A stretch of DNA of 33,232 nt from assembly GCA_041694835.1 (NCBI GenBank), contig JBGFRZ010000050.1:1-33232 (forward strand). The letters are read 5' to 3'. Source of the DNA: Ignavibacteria bacterium (GTDB lineage Bacteria; Elusimicrobiota; Endomicrobiia; PHAN01). Position numbers and translations under genes: made by a program. The notes beneath the pieces were generated by a model that saw only the letters and a program-made list of their open reading frames with translations, did not search any database and was not told where the DNA came from. Positions 8,903 through 19,911 of the stretch are shown here, in pieces; position 1 is the first letter of the stretch; every line of letters starts with the position of its first letter.

Positions 8903-10633
8903 ATGAAACTAACCGGAGCGCAAATTTTTGTTGAAAGTTTGAAACGACTAAATGTAGAAGTTGTCTTCGGCATACCCGGTGGTTCGGTTCTTCCGATATT
9001 CGATAAAATTTACGACGCCCCCTTCAAATTCATTTTAACGAGACACGAGCAGGGAGCGGCTCATATGGCCGACGGATACGCCCGTTCGACCGGAAGGGTG
9101 GGGGTGTGCTTTGCGACATCGGGCCCCGGAGCAACGAATCTTACAACGGGCATAGCAACTGCGTATATGGACTCGATTCCCATGGTGGCATTCACAGGGC
9201 AGGTGGCGACGACGCTTATAGGAAACGACGCTTTTCAAGAGGCGGATACGACGGGTATTACCCGCCCCATCGTTAAACACAATTATCTCGTTAAAGACGT
9301 GAGGGAGCTATCAAAAACCATAAGAGCGGCGTTTTACATAGCATTCACGGGCCGTCCCGGCCCGGTCCTCGTCGACATACCTGTCGATGTGCAGAGGGCG
9401 ACATGCGACTTTGAGTGGCCTGAAAATATCGAGATAAGTTCGTATAAACCAACTTATGCCGGACATCCGTCGCAGATAAAACGAGCGGCCGAAGCCATAA
9501 ACTCAAGCAAAAAGCCGGTGCTTTACGTCGGCGGAGGCGTTATTTCGTCAGATGCCAGCCCGGAACTTATCAAACTCTCCGAACTGGCCGGAATTCCGGT
9601 TACGGCCACGCTTATGGCGAAAGGCGTCTATCCTCCCAGTCACAAGTTTTATCTCGGGATGCTTGGAATGCATGGGACATACGCGGCTAATCACGCGATG
9701 CAAAACGCCGATCTGATAATAGCGGTTGGCTCAAGATTCGATGACAGATGTACCGGAAAAATCGCCGGCTTCGCTCCTCATGCGGCGAACATAATTCATA
9801 TAGACATAGATCCGACTTCTATATCCAAAAACGTGCATTCAAACATACCGGTTGTAGGCGACGCAAAAAGTATCCTTTCGCAGATTTTAAAACACGTGAA
9901 GAAAGCCGTTCATGCGGACTGGATCGCGAAAATCACCGAGTGGAAGAAAAACTATCCTTTGACATACAAAAACGACGACAAACTTCGCGCGCAGTATGTT
10001 ATTGAAACCTTAAGCGAAATCACCGGGGGCTCGGCCATAGTCACCACCGAAGTCGGACAGCACCAGATGTGGAGCGCCCAGTTTTACAAGACCGAATATC
10101 CTCGTCATTTTCTCTCGTCGGGCGGTCTTGGAACAATGGGTTATGGTTTTCCCGCCGGTATTGGTGCCAAGATAGCGAATCCGGAAGAAGATGTTATTGT
10201 CATAGCCGGAGATGGCTCTATACAGATGAACATTCAGGAACTCGCCACAGCCGTTTTGAACAAGATAAATGTAAAAGTTCTCATAATGAACAATCAGTAT
10301 CTTGGAATGGTTCGCCAGTGGCAGGAGATGTTTTATTCAAGAAGATACTCCGCTGTCTGCCTTCACAAGTCGGACGAATGTCCGTCCAAATGTGATGAGC
10401 CCGGCAGGAAAGGTTGTCCGAGATATATCCCCGATTTTGTAAAAGTCGCGGAGGCTTACGGAGCCGTCGGAATGAGGATATCTAAAAAGAGCGAAGTGAA
10501 GCAGGCTTTGAAGAAGATAATCTCGGCTAATGCTGTAGTCGTGGCCGAGTTCATAGTGGAGCCCGAGGAAAATGTTCTCCCGATGGTTCCATCTGGGGCC
10601 GCTTTGGACGAGATAATAACAAGCTTGGCATAA
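8903..10633 (+). CDS. ilvB: Acetolactate synthase large subunit
   Basis: RHEQGAAHMADGYAR, TSGPGATN, TPP motif GDGS...NN, GMVRQWQ. Confidence 0.97.
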   Translation: MKLTGAQIFVESLKRLNVEVVFGIPGGSVLPIFDKIYDAPFKFILTRHEQGAAHMADGYARSTGRVGVCFATSGPGATNLTTGIATAYMDSIPMVAFTGQVATTLIGNDAFQEADTTGITRPIVKHNYLVKDVRELSKTIRAAFYIAFTGRPGPVLVDIPVDVQRATCDFEWPENIEISSYKPTYAGHPSQIKRAAEAINSSKKPVLYVGGGVISSDASPELIKLSELAGIPVTATLMAKGVYPPSHKFYLGMLGMHGTYAANHAMQNADLIIAVGSRFDDRCTGKIAGFAPHAANIIHIDIDPTSISKNVHSNIPVVGDAKSILSQILKHVKKAVHADWIAKITEWKKNYPLTYKNDDKLRAQYVIETLSEITGGSAIVTTEVGQHQMWSAQFYKTEYPRHFLSSGGLGTMGYGFPAGIGAKIANPEEDVIVIAGDGSIQMNIQELATAVLNKINVKVLIMNNQYLGMVRQWQEMFYSRRYSAVCLHKSDECPSKCDEPGRKGCPRYIPDFVKVAEAYGAVGMRISKKSEVKQALKKIISANAVVVAEFIVEPEENVLPMVPSGAALDEIITSLA

Positions 10634-10728
10634 AGCAATAAAGTGATAGAATAACATAGTTTTGCAGCCAGCGGTTATGATATGATTTTTTCACCTTTCA
10701 CTTCTTCAGGCGATTGGTTGGAGGAAAA

Positions 10729-11205
10729 ATGAAACATACAATATCGGTTCTTGTCGAAAACAAATTTGGGGTACTTGCAAGGATATCCACGCTTTTTGCG
10801 GCGCGCGGATTCAACATCGATTCGCTTGCCGTCGGTGAGACGGAAAATCCGGATGTGTCGAGGATGACGATAGTGGTTAGAGGGGACGACAAAATATTGG
10901 AACAGGTGGAGAAGCAGCTCAACAAGTTGATTGATGTCATAAAGGTAAGAGATTTCCTTGAGGTCCCTCGCGTGGAAAGGGATCTTGCGCTTATAAAGGT
11001 AAAAGTGGACAAGACGACTCGCTCGGAGATTCTTCAGATTGTCGACATATTCAGAGCGAATATAGTCGATGTTTCGCCCGACAGCGCGATTGTTGAAGTA
11101 ACGGGCGACGAAGATAAACTCGAGGCTTTGATAAAACTTCTCAAACCTTTCGGAATAAAAGAGATGGTAAGAACAGGAACCGTCGCTATCGCACGCGGAA
11201 AATAA
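10729..11205 (+). CDS. ilvN: Acetolactate synthase small subunit
   Basis: [19 protein letters not shown]...[19 protein letters not shown] precedes ATG 10729. Confidence 0.96.
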   Translation: MKHTISVLVENKFGVLARISTLFAARGFNIDSLAVGETENPDVSRMTIVVRGDDKILEQVEKQLNKLIDVIKVRDFLEVPRVERDLALIKVKVDKTTRSEILQIVDIFRANIVDVSPDSAIVEVTGDEDKLEALIKLLKPFGIKEMVRTGTVAIARGK

Positions 11206-11209
11206 AAAA

Positions 11210-12187
11210 ATGAGCGGTAACATTTTTCCAAAAGTACCCAAGATACTTGTGGCCGACGATGAGAAAGAGTCGGCGAACGTATTGAAGGAGATATTGAAAG
11301 CAAACGGTTATGATGTAACGGTAGCTTCCGACGGGCAGGAAGCGATGGGGCATATTCGTCGAAATCCAAGAGGTTATGACCTTTTTGTGCTGGACATTTT
11401 TATGCCTCATGTGTCGGGCAATGAAATTTTAATCGCCGTCAAATCTAAAGAAGAAACCCGTCTTACCCCCGTCATAATGATAACTGGTCTTGGCGACGAG
11501 AAAGACAAAATCGCAGCCATAGACAACGGCTGCGATGATTTTTTGACGAAACCATACAGTGTGACGGAGCTCTTGGCCCGTGTCCGCTCGCTCTTGAAAA
11601 TGAAGTTCGCAAATGACGACCTGGATGGCGCCGAGAATGTGATTTTTTCTCTTGCTCGTGCAATCGAAGCCAAAGACGCCTACACGCAGGGGCACACGGA
11701 GCGAGTCAGTCAGTTGGCGCTTTCGCTCGGCGAGCTTCTCGGACTTTCGAAGGATGAAAAGGACGCCCTGTTTAAGGGTGGGATACTTCACGACATAGGC
11801 AAGATAGGTGTTCCCGACAGCATTTTGAACAAGCCCGGAAAACTCAACGATGCGGAGTTTGAAATCATTAAAAAACATCCGGATATCGGCGCAAAAATTT
11901 GTACGAAGTTAAACTCGATTAAATCCGCCATACCCGTAATAAGGTCTCATCACGAAAAACTCGACGGCTCCGGATATCCTGATGGTCTGAAAGGCGACGC
12001 CCTCCCTGCCGTTGCGAGAATAATGGCAATAGTGGATGTTTACGACGCGCTCACATCGACGCGATCCTATCGTGCAGCGATGCCCAAAGAAAGGGCGATT
12101 CAGATACTTTTTAAAGAGGCCGACGAAGGGTGGTGGGACAAGGAAATTTTGGTAGAGTTTGAGGGAATTGTCAACCCCATCACCTGA
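11210..12187 (+). CDS. Response regulator with an HD-GYP domain (RpfG-like cyclic di-nucleotide phosphodiesterase)
   Basis: REC domain (LVADD, LDIFMP, FLTKP), then YTQGHTERV, LHDIGK and HHEKLDGSGYPDGL. Confidence 0.93.
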   Translation: MSGNIFPKVPKILVADDEKESANVLKEILKANGYDVTVASDGQEAMGHIRRNPRGYDLFVLDIFMPHVSGNEILIAVKSKEETRLTPVIMITGLGDEKDKIAAIDNGCDDFLTKPYSVTELLARVRSLLKMKFANDDLDGAENVIFSLARAIEAKDAYTQGHTERVSQLALSLGELLGLSKDEKDALFKGGILHDIGKIGVPDSILNKPGKLNDAEFEIIKKHPDIGAKICTKLNSIKSAIPVIRSHHEKLDGSGYPDGLKGDALPAVARIMAIVDVYDALTSTRSYRAAMPKERAIQILFKEADEGWWDKEILVEFEGIVNPIT

Positions 12188-12381
12188 TTTTGCTTGATGT
12201 TAACTACGTCATACTTTATATATTGCGAGACTTAAAGACCCTTAAAAAAATGTTCGTCCAATGAGAATTATTGAGCATTGTTTAAGTAATGCAGAGTGCC
12301 ATCGACGATACCATTGATTGCATTACTTATGCAAAGTTCAACAAAACGTAGTTAAATCCCCTGGCAAAATTAGGTGCGGGG
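12175..12381. repeat. Nested inverted-repeat (MITE-like or structured) element
   Basis: CCCCATCACCTGATTTTGC pairs with GCAAAATTAGGTGCGGGG. TTAACTACGT pairs with ACGTAGTTAA. TAAGTAATGCA pairs with TGCATTACTTA. Confidence 0.75.
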
Positions 12382-12407
12382 TCAATCCTGAGAGAGTTTA
12401 GAGTTTT

Positions 12408-12462
12408 GTAGCGGCGGGATTGATATCCCGCACAAATCGTCGCATAGCAATGCGACCTCTAC
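12408..12462. repeat. GTAG REP doublet (REPIN-like)
   Basis: GTAG-CG-GCGGGAT-tgat-ATCCCGC followed by GTCGCAT-agca-ATGCGAC-CT-CTAC: two hairpins with GTAG at both outer ends on opposite strands. Confidence 0.8.
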
Positions 12463-12490
12463 CAAGTTCTCTAAACTTATTGTTGAAGTT

Positions 12491-13150
12491 ATGAAAGAAA
12501 CAATAATAGCGTTTATCGGAGGTTTTGCAACATTTTTTACGCCGTGCGTTCTGCCGTTGATTCCGACCTACATAATATATCTCACAGGGATGAGCATGGG
12601 CGATATTGTCGCCGGGAAAAAACTTCTTGCTTTAAAACATTCCGTCTTTTTTGTTCTCGGATTTTCGACGGTGTTTATAATACTCGGATTGACGGTTACG
12701 GCAATCAGCGGTGTTTTTTTCGCAAATAAAGAAGTTATAGAAAAATTTGGCGGCGCGATTTTGGTTTTACTGGGATTTTTCATAGTGCTGGGATACAAGC
12801 CAAAATTTTTAATGAAAGACACGCGATATTCAATCGCATCAAAACCCGTCGGGTATCTTGGTTCGTTTCTTGTTGGCGCGGCTTTTTCAGGCGGTTGGTC
12901 GCCCTGCATGGGACCTGCACTTGTAATGATATTTTCGCTGACCGTCGCACAGGATACATTGCTGAAAGGATTATGGCTTCTTTTATTATTTTCAGCGGGC
13001 CTTGCCGTCCCGTTTATTCTTGCAGGGTTATTTATAGAGCATTTTACCAGGTTTCTTGCCAAATTCAAAAAACAGATGCGTCGGATAGAAATGATTTTCG
13101 GAGTGTTTTTGGCACTTATCGGCGCATTAATGCTGTTGAATAAAATTTAG
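12491..13150 (+). CDS. ccdA: Cytochrome c biogenesis protein CcdA (DsbD transmembrane domain)
   Basis: FFTPCVLPLIP and GWSPCMGP conserved Cys motifs, about 6 TM segments. Confidence 0.93.
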   Translation: MKETIIAFIGGFATFFTPCVLPLIPTYIIYLTGMSMGDIVAGKKLLALKHSVFFVLGFSTVFIILGLTVTAISGVFFANKEVIEKFGGAILVLLGFFIVLGYKPKFLMKDTRYSIASKPVGYLGSFLVGAAFSGGWSPCMGPALVMIFSLTVAQDTLLKGLWLLLLFSAGLAVPFILAGLFIEHFTRFLAKFKKQMRRIEMIFGVFLALIGALMLLNKI

Positions 13151-13211
13151 AACGAAGATGCCCGCCTGGACCAAGTTTCGCATTAAACATTTAACTCTAT
13201 CAGGAGGTTAA

Positions 13212-13685
<474 letters not shown>

Positions 13686-13689
13686 AGCA

Positions 13690-13905
13690 GAAGATAGGGA
13701 ATAGCAAATAGCGAATAGTGCATAGAAGAGAGAGATGAGAGATGAGAGATGAGGGGTGAGAGGTGAGAGAATAGCGTATAGAGGGTAGAGGATAGAGGAT
13801 AGGGGACAAGGAATTGAATAAAAATTTCCATTCCCTAACCTCTCGTCCCTCGCCTCTGTCCCCTGACTTCTGCTCTTGTGCACTTGTGCCCTGTCCTATT
13901 CTCTG
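13690..13905 (+). repeat. Modular heptamer element, copy A (57-bp core 13801-13857, forward)
   Basis: ATAGC(A/G)A, (A/G)TGAGAG and ATAGAGG arrays, then core AGGGGACAAGGAATTGAATAAAAATTTCCATTCCCTAACCTCTCGTCCCTCGCCTCT, then CTTGTGC arrays. Confidence 0.92.
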
Positions 13906-13921
13906 TTGTTACTGAGGAACT

Positions 13922-14488
13922 ATGGCATTAGATGATCTAATTAAACACATAGAGTCAGAAGCTCATGCTGAAATAGAAAAAATACGCTCTGACGTCCAGA
14001 GGCAATTCGCCGAAATAGAAAAGAGAGCGGAAGAATCCAGACAGAATTTAAAAGAGTCATACGAAAAGAAACTTGCCGAAGCGAAAAAAAGAAAATTGGA
14101 CTCGGCTCTTACGAATGCAAGAATAAAATCAAGGATAGACACTTTGAACTTAAAAAGAAGCATCCTTGACGAGTTTTATGTCAGGCTCTATGAAAGGGTG
14201 GCGTCTTTAGACGAAGAATCAAAAAAGCGCATTTATATAAAAATTCTTTCAACCGTGAAATTTACCGAAAACGCGAAGCTGCTTGTCTCAAAAAAAGAAG
14301 CCGCTTTATGGAAAAAAATCAAGACCCATCTGAAAAAAGCAAAAGTTGAAGAGATGAGTGATTTTGAGGGAGGATTTATCCTGAAGACGGAAAATGCCGT
14401 TTTCGATTACACGATTGAAAACATATTTAAAAACTTTAGGCAAGCTACTGAAATAAAAACAGCCAGAAAACTTTTTCCGGAGAAATAG
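13922..14488 (+). CDS. atpE: V/A-type ATP synthase subunit E
   Basis: Coiled-coil N-terminus (MALDDLIKHI), GGFIL...DYTIE motif, operon position. Confidence 0.88.
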   Translation: MALDDLIKHIESEAHAEIEKIRSDVQRQFAEIEKRAEESRQNLKESYEKKLAEAKKRKLDSALTNARIKSRIDTLNLKRSILDEFYVRLYERVASLDEESKKRIYIKILSTVKFTENAKLLVSKKEAALWKKIKTHLKKAKVEEMSDFEGGFILKTENAVFDYTIENIFKNFRQATEIKTARKLFPEK

Positions 14489-14490
14489 CG

Positions 14491-15471
14491 ATGTCGCACT
14501 ATGCTTATGCATCGGGGATAATAAAAGCTCTCGAGGGCAAGTTGCTGTCAAAGGCGAAACTGCACCAGCTCGCCGAATCCCAAAATGCAGATGAGTTTTC
14601 AAGAAATATATCTGACACGGTTTATAGCGTCGCCGATTCGAGGCTGATTTCCGAGGATTATTTCTTCGGTGTTTTTTCGGAATTAAACAGACTTCAGGCA
14701 AAGTTGATTGCAGAAGAATCCGTGAAAAACATATTTTTAGCCGAGAATACTCTTTTGAATCTGAGAGCGGTATTAAAAAGTATAAAAGAGGGCGTAGAGG
14801 CGCCGGCGAAAGAACTCGTTCCTTCGGCATTTGTCTCTTATGATGCGATGAAAAATTACATCAAAGACGGCAGGTATTTTTTGTTGCCTGATATTTTTGC
14901 GGAGTGCGCCGAGCATGTTCTCAAAAAGATGAAAACTTCTACGCCATTGAAAGTCGACATGAAAATAGACGAGCTCTTTCTCAGATGGGCGCTTTATAGT
15001 GCAAAAAAAAACGAGGATTGTTTCAAATATATAAAAATGCGTATTGATATACTGAACATATTGAATCTCGTTCAAAGAAAGACCTATCATCTTTACGACC
15101 ATCCTAAGCCCATGCACGGCTTATTCATAATTGGCGGGGATATAGATGTCAAGAATTTCATCTCCGCTCTGGATGTGTCGGTAAAACCCGGAGAGTTTTT
15201 AAAGAGGATAAATTTTTTCGATTATTCTCGGAAGTTGGGTGAAATTGCTTACGAAGGTGAATATCTTGCGGATTTTTCACGATTTTACGATGATGCTCAA
15301 ACTTGTTTTTGGAAAAAACTAAAATTCAAGCCATTTGGTTTTCATGTCGTATGCGGTTATGTCAACGCTAAAAAAATAGAGTTGAAGAATTTAAAGATGA
15401 TATACGGGGCGATTAAAAATCGCTATACCCCGGAAGAGATTAAGAAAAATATCAGGGAGTGTTATATTTGA
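14491..15471 (+). CDS. atpC: V/A-type ATP synthase subunit C
   Basis: YAYASGIIKALEGKLL, IDILNI, ELKNLKMI; size and position. Confidence 0.88.
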   Translation: MSHYAYASGIIKALEGKLLSKAKLHQLAESQNADEFSRNISDTVYSVADSRLISEDYFFGVFSELNRLQAKLIAEESVKNIFLAENTLLNLRAVLKSIKEGVEAPAKELVPSAFVSYDAMKNYIKDGRYFLLPDIFAECAEHVLKKMKTSTPLKVDMKIDELFLRWALYSAKKNEDCFKYIKMRIDILNILNLVQRKTYHLYDHPKPMHGLFIIGGDIDVKNFISALDVSVKPGEFLKRINFFDYSRKLGEIAYEGEYLADFSRFYDDAQTCFWKKLKFKPFGFHVVCGYVNAKKIELKNLKMIYGAIKNRYTPEEIKKNIRECYI

Positions 15472-15782
15472 TGAGCAGGATGATTTTTGTCGGCGGCAGG
15501 GATTTTATAAGTATTTTCAAAAACTTCGGCATGGAGACATCACTGTTGGAAAATCAGAATGAGTTTGAAAATATAATCTCCGGTTTGACTAAAGAATACG
15601 CGGTCATTTTCGTTTCAAGGGTTTTTTCCGGGAGTGTTTCTAAATTTTTGGATTTACATCCCGAGCTCAACATAGTTTTGCTTTCCGAGGAGTTCGATAA
15701 AAACGTCGTGATAAAGGATTTTAAGAGTATATCCGAAAAAGCGGCTGGGGTTGATTTGACAGGAAAACTTGAACAACAATGA
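15471..15782 (+). CDS. atpF: V/A-type ATP synthase subunit F
   Basis: TGATG coupling to subunit C. FVGGRDFISIFKNFG...YAVIF...EKAAGVDL. Confidence 0.85.
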   Translation: MSRMIFVGGRDFISIFKNFGMETSLLENQNEFENIISGLTKEYAVIFVSRVFSGSVSKFLDLHPELNIVLLSEEFDKNVVIKDFKSISEKAAGVDLTGKLEQQ

Positions 15783-16525
15783 AAAATGTAAAATTAAAAA
15801 TTGAGACTGTTGACGCTTCGCTAAAACCTTGCCACGGAGTAGGAATAGGACGCAGATTATCGCAGATTTGGTAGATATGTCAATCTTGTCAAAATCGGCA
15901 TTGAGCTGCGTTCAAAAATAAAAAAGCGGAGTAGGAATAGGACGCAGATTTTCGCAGATGAGTTTATAGTTGCTTTAATCTGCGTTTATCAAAGTTGTTT
16001 CTGCGTTTATCTGCGTTCAATTATTTTTTAGGACGCGGATTTACAGGATTATCGCAGATTAAAAACTTTACCACGAAAACACGAAAGTTAGAAATCACGA
16101 AAAATCCCTCTAAATCCCCCCTCCCCCCCTTTATTAAAGGGGGAATAAAAGGGGGATTTAGGGGGAAGCGAAGCAGGGGGATTTACAGTGACTTGTGCAC
16201 TTGTGCTCTTATGCCTTGTGCACTTGTGCAGACCAAGGTCTGCAACTACAAAACTTGTGCTTTGTTGCAAAAAATTTCTTACACATTTCTTTGTGTCTTG
16301 TGTGGTAGAAGAACTTTTTCAATAATCTCATATACATCGGGGAATGCTCCGAACGCAGAAAAATTAGCGAATAGCAAATAGCGAATAGATATATGCAGGC
16401 AATAGGCAATAGGGAATAAGCAATAGTGGCTGGTGGCTCGAAAAAATCAGTAATCGGTGACCAGTAATCAGTAATGGCGCCGTTATTCGTCATCCGTCAT
16501 TTCACTATTTGCTATTTACTGCTTT
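15783..16525. repeat. ~750-bp spacer tiled with several repeat types
   Basis: 33-bp direct repeat (15835-15867 and 15927-15959), CGCAGAT/ATCTGCG inverted arrays, CACGAAA units, a CCCCCTTTATTAAAGGGGG nested palindrome, CTTGTGC 8-mers, a GTAG hairpin and heptamer arrays. Confidence 0.85.
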
Positions 16526-16539
16526 TATTGGAGAATTTT

Positions 16540-18282
16540 ATGGAAGGAATTATCACGAAGGTTTCAGGGCCTCTCGTCGTAGCAAAAGGGCTTTATGGAA
16601 TAAAAATGTTTGATATGGTAAAGGTAGGCGCGCATGGGTTGATAGGCGAAGTTATCGAATTAAAGGAAGACACAGCGGCAATCCAGGTTTACGAGGAAAC
16701 GACCGGCATAGGCCCCGGAGAAAAAGTCGTGTCCGTGGAGCATCCGTTGTCGGTTGAGCTCGGCCCGGGACTTCTCGGAACTATATACGACGGCATACAG
16801 AGGCCTCTTGAAGTAATATATAACGAGAGGGGGGCATGGATCACAAAGGGGGTCGATGTGACGGGGTTGAATCACAGAAAAAAATGGCGTTTCATTCCGC
16901 AGAAATCCTCGGGCGATGAAGTCGTTGGCGGCGATATACTTGGCAGCGTCTCTGAAACAGAAATCGTCAGCCACAAAATAATGGTCCCTATTGGGATTTC
17001 GGGAACAATTAAAAAGATATCGGAAGGCGACTTCCCTGTCGATGAAGTTGTGGTTGTAATTGAGGACGCAAAAGATAAAAAAGATGTACAGATAAATATG
17101 GTTCAGCGATGGCCGGTTCGAATCCCCCGACCGTACAAAGAAAAATTGGCCCCGGACGAACCTCTAATTACCGGTCAGCGCGTGGTTGACACATTCTTTC
17201 CCGTCTCAAAAGGTGGAACGGCTTGCATCCCCGGCCCTTTTGGTTCAGGAAAAACAGTGATACAGCATCAACTCGCGAAATGGTCGGACGCGGACATTAT
17301 AGTTTATGTCGGTTGCGGTGAAAGAGGCAACGAGATGGCCGATGTCCTCCTGGAGTTTCCTCATCTAAAAGACCCAAAGTCCGGCGAACCGCTGATTAAA
17401 AGGACAGTTCTTATCGCGAACACGTCGAACATGCCCGTGGCGGCGCGCGAGGCGTCGGTTTATACGGGCATCACCATAGCGGAGTATTTCAGGGATATGG
17501 GATACAACGTCGCTTTGATGGCGGACTCAACTTCCCGTTGGGCCGAGGCGATGAGAGAGATGTCGGGACGGCTTGAGGAGATGCCAGGTGAAGAGGGTTA
17601 TCCCGCGTATCTTTCGTCGAGGATAGCGGAGTTTTACGAAAGAGCCGGGAAAGTCGTCTGCTGCGCTTCCGATGGAAGGATAGGTTCGCTTTCGGTAATA
17701 GGAGCGGTATCCCCTCCCGGAGGCGATCTTTCCGATCCTGTTGTTCAGGCGACTTTGAGGATAGTAAAAGTATTCTGGTCGCTTGAGGATAAACTCGCGT
17801 ATCAAAGGCATTTTCCTGCGATATCGTGGCTCAGGTCATACTCGCTTTATATCGACAATATAGAAAACTATATGAAAGAAAAAATAGCCAAAAATTTCAT
17901 CGCAAACCGCTCATCCGCGATGAAGATTCTTCAGGAGGAGGCATCGCTTGAGGAAATCGTGCGGCTTGTCGGCGTGGATGCTCTTTCCGACGCAGACCGA
18001 CTTACCCTTGAAACCGCAAAATCTCTGAGAGAAGATTTTCTTCACCAGCATGCTTTCGATCCGGAGGATACCTACTGCGCTCTTGAGAAACAGAACATGC
18101 TTATGGAACTGATTCTTAATTTTCACAAAATGAGGACTTTGGCTGTAGATTCTGGCGCCCCGCTTAAAGCGCATTCGGAGGTAAAAGAGAAGATATCGCG
18201 ATTAAAATATGTTAAGGCAGATGAAACGACACAGAGTATATCCGAGATTAAAAAACAAATTGAAGCGGAACTAAAATCCTAA
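16540..18282 (+). CDS. atpA: V/A-type ATP synthase subunit A
   Basis: P-loop [30 protein letters not shown] precedes ATG 16540. Confidence 0.98.
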   Translation: MEGIITKVSGPLVVAKGLYGIKMFDMVKVGAHGLIGEVIELKEDTAAIQVYEETTGIGPGEKVVSVEHPLSVELGPGLLGTIYDGIQRPLEVIYNERGAWITKGVDVTGLNHRKKWRFIPQKSSGDEVVGGDILGSVSETEIVSHKIMVPIGISGTIKKISEGDFPVDEVVVVIEDAKDKKDVQINMVQRWPVRIPRPYKEKLAPDEPLITGQRVVDTFFPVSKGGTACIPGPFGSGKTVIQHQLAKWSDADIIVYVGCGERGNEMADVLLEFPHLKDPKSGEPLIKRTVLIANTSNMPVAAREASVYTGITIAEYFRDMGYNVALMADSTSRWAEAMREMSGRLEEMPGEEGYPAYLSSRIAEFYERAGKVVCCASDGRIGSLSVIGAVSPPGGDLSDPVVQATLRIVKVFWSLEDKLAYQRHFPAISWLRSYSLYIDNIENYMKEKIAKNFIANRSSAMKILQEEASLEEIVRLVGVDALSDADRLTLETAKSLREDFLHQHAFDPEDTYCALEKQNMLMELILNFHKMRTLAVDSGAPLKAHSEVKEKISRLKYVKADETTQSISEIKKQIEAELKS

Positions 18283-18362
18283 AATTATGGCTCTTCTCCA
18301 AATGTTGTTGTAACATTGGGTAAGGATTTTGCAATACCGTAATGTATTTTCGCTCATTCTCG

Positions 18363-18417
18363 TCCCGATAAATCGGGAGCGGGGTAATCAAGTGTGAACA
18401 CTTGATTAAACCCGCTC
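18363..18417. repeat. Two adjacent hairpins in the atpA-atpB spacer
   Basis: TCCCGAT-aa-ATCGGGA and GAGCGGG-g-TAATCAAGTGT-ga-ACACTTGATTA-aa-CCCGCTC. Confidence 0.7.
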
Positions 18418-18524
18418 AAACACTTTGTTTTTATACGCACAACAAAAAATGGAGAAGACCCAAAATTGTTAACCGCAGAGAGTGCAGATGAGACAGGGTT
18501 TTTAAGGATTTCATAGGAGCAGAT

Positions 18525-19904
18525 ATGGCATATAAAGAATATTCCACCGTAACGAGCATTTCAGGTCCGATACTTCTCGTCGAAGGAACGGAAGATGTAA
18601 AATACGGAGAGATAGCGCAGATAAAAACGAAATATGGCGAGACAAGAAGAGGAAGGGTTCTTGAGGTGAATGGAGACAAGGCCATGCTCCAGCTTTTCGA
18701 AGGAAGCATGGGACTGAATTTGAGCGAAAGCGCCGTGAGATTTCTGGGGCGCCCTCTTGAGCTCGGTGTTTCGATCGATATGCTTGGCAGGATTTTTGAC
18801 GGGCTCGGAACTCCCATCGATGGTTCAAGCGATATAATCCCCGAGAAAAAAATCGACATTAACGGCGAGCCCCTGAACCCATCCGCGAGGGATTATCCGT
18901 CTGAGTTTATACAAACCGGGATATCGACCATAGACGGTATGAACACACTTGTGAGGGGTCAGAAACTTCCGATATTTTCCGGAGCGGGGCTTCCCCACAA
19001 CGAACTCGCCGCTCAGATAGCGAGGCAGTCGACGGTTCTCGCCAAAAGCGGTTCTTCCGAAGAAAAATTTGCGGTTGTTTTTGCCGCCATGGGCATAACT
19101 TTCGAAGAGGCCGATTTTTTCATAAAGGATTTCAAGTCGACGGGGGCGATAGAGAGGGCGGTTTTGTTTATAAACCTCGCCGACGATCCTGCGATAGAGA
19201 GAATCGCTACCCCGAGAGTCGCTTTAAGCTGCGCCGAATATCTCGCGTTCGAAAAAAACATGCACGTTCTTGTTATAGTAACTGACATGACCAACTACTG
19301 CGAGGCCATCCGACAGGTCTCCGCCGCAAGAAAAGAAGTGCCGGGTCGTCGCGGTTATCCGGGGTATATGTACACCGACCTTTCGACTATTTATGAACGT
19401 GCGGGGCGCCTCAAAAACAAAAACGGCTCGATAACTTTTTTTCCAATTTTGACGATGCCGGAAGATGACAAGACCCACCCTATACCCGATTTGACAGGAT
19501 ACATCACCGAGGGACAGATAATTTTATCGAGGGAACTCCATAGGGCGGGCTTATATCCACCCATTGATGTTCTCCCTTCTTTGTCGCGGCTGAAGGACAA
19601 GGGTATCGGAGACGGAAAAACGAGGGAAGATCACGCCAATGTAACAAGCCAGCTTTTCGCCGCCTACGCGAAAGGAAAAGAGGCTAAAGAGCTTGCTGTT
19701 ATATTGGGAGAAGCGGCTTTAAGCGAGACTGACAAAAAGTTCGCCAAATTCGCCGAGATTTATGAAAACAACTTCGTCAATCAGGGGTTGACGAACAGAA
19801 ATATCGAGGAAACGCTTGCCGCCGGATGGGAGATTCTCAAAAATCTTCCGCGCGAAGAACTTAAGCGCGTAAAACCGGAACAGATTGAAAAGTATATGAA
19901 GTGA
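18525..19904 (+). CDS. atpB: V/A-type ATP synthase subunit B
   Basis: [37 protein letters not shown]. Confidence 0.98.
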   Translation: MAYKEYSTVTSISGPILLVEGTEDVKYGEIAQIKTKYGETRRGRVLEVNGDKAMLQLFEGSMGLNLSESAVRFLGRPLELGVSIDMLGRIFDGLGTPIDGSSDIIPEKKIDINGEPLNPSARDYPSEFIQTGISTIDGMNTLVRGQKLPIFSGAGLPHNELAAQIARQSTVLAKSGSSEEKFAVVFAAMGITFEEADFFIKDFKSTGAIERAVLFINLADDPAIERIATPRVALSCAEYLAFEKNMHVLVIVTDMTNYCEAIRQVSAARKEVPGRRGYPGYMYTDLSTIYERAGRLKNKNGSITFFPILTMPEDDKTHPIPDLTGYITEGQIILSRELHRAGLYPPIDVLPSLSRLKDKGIGDGKTREDHANVTSQLFAAYAKGKEAKELAVILGEAALSETDKKFAKFAEIYENNFVNQGLTNRNIEETLAAGWEILKNLPREELKRVKPEQIEKYMK

Positions 19905-19911
19905 TAAAGAC

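Noticed and set aside
15995-16493. ORFs 15995-16381 (+) and 16209-16493 (-)
   Set aside because: Translations are composed of repeat-derived peptides (SPLPPFIKGG, LCTCAL) with no recognisable domain.
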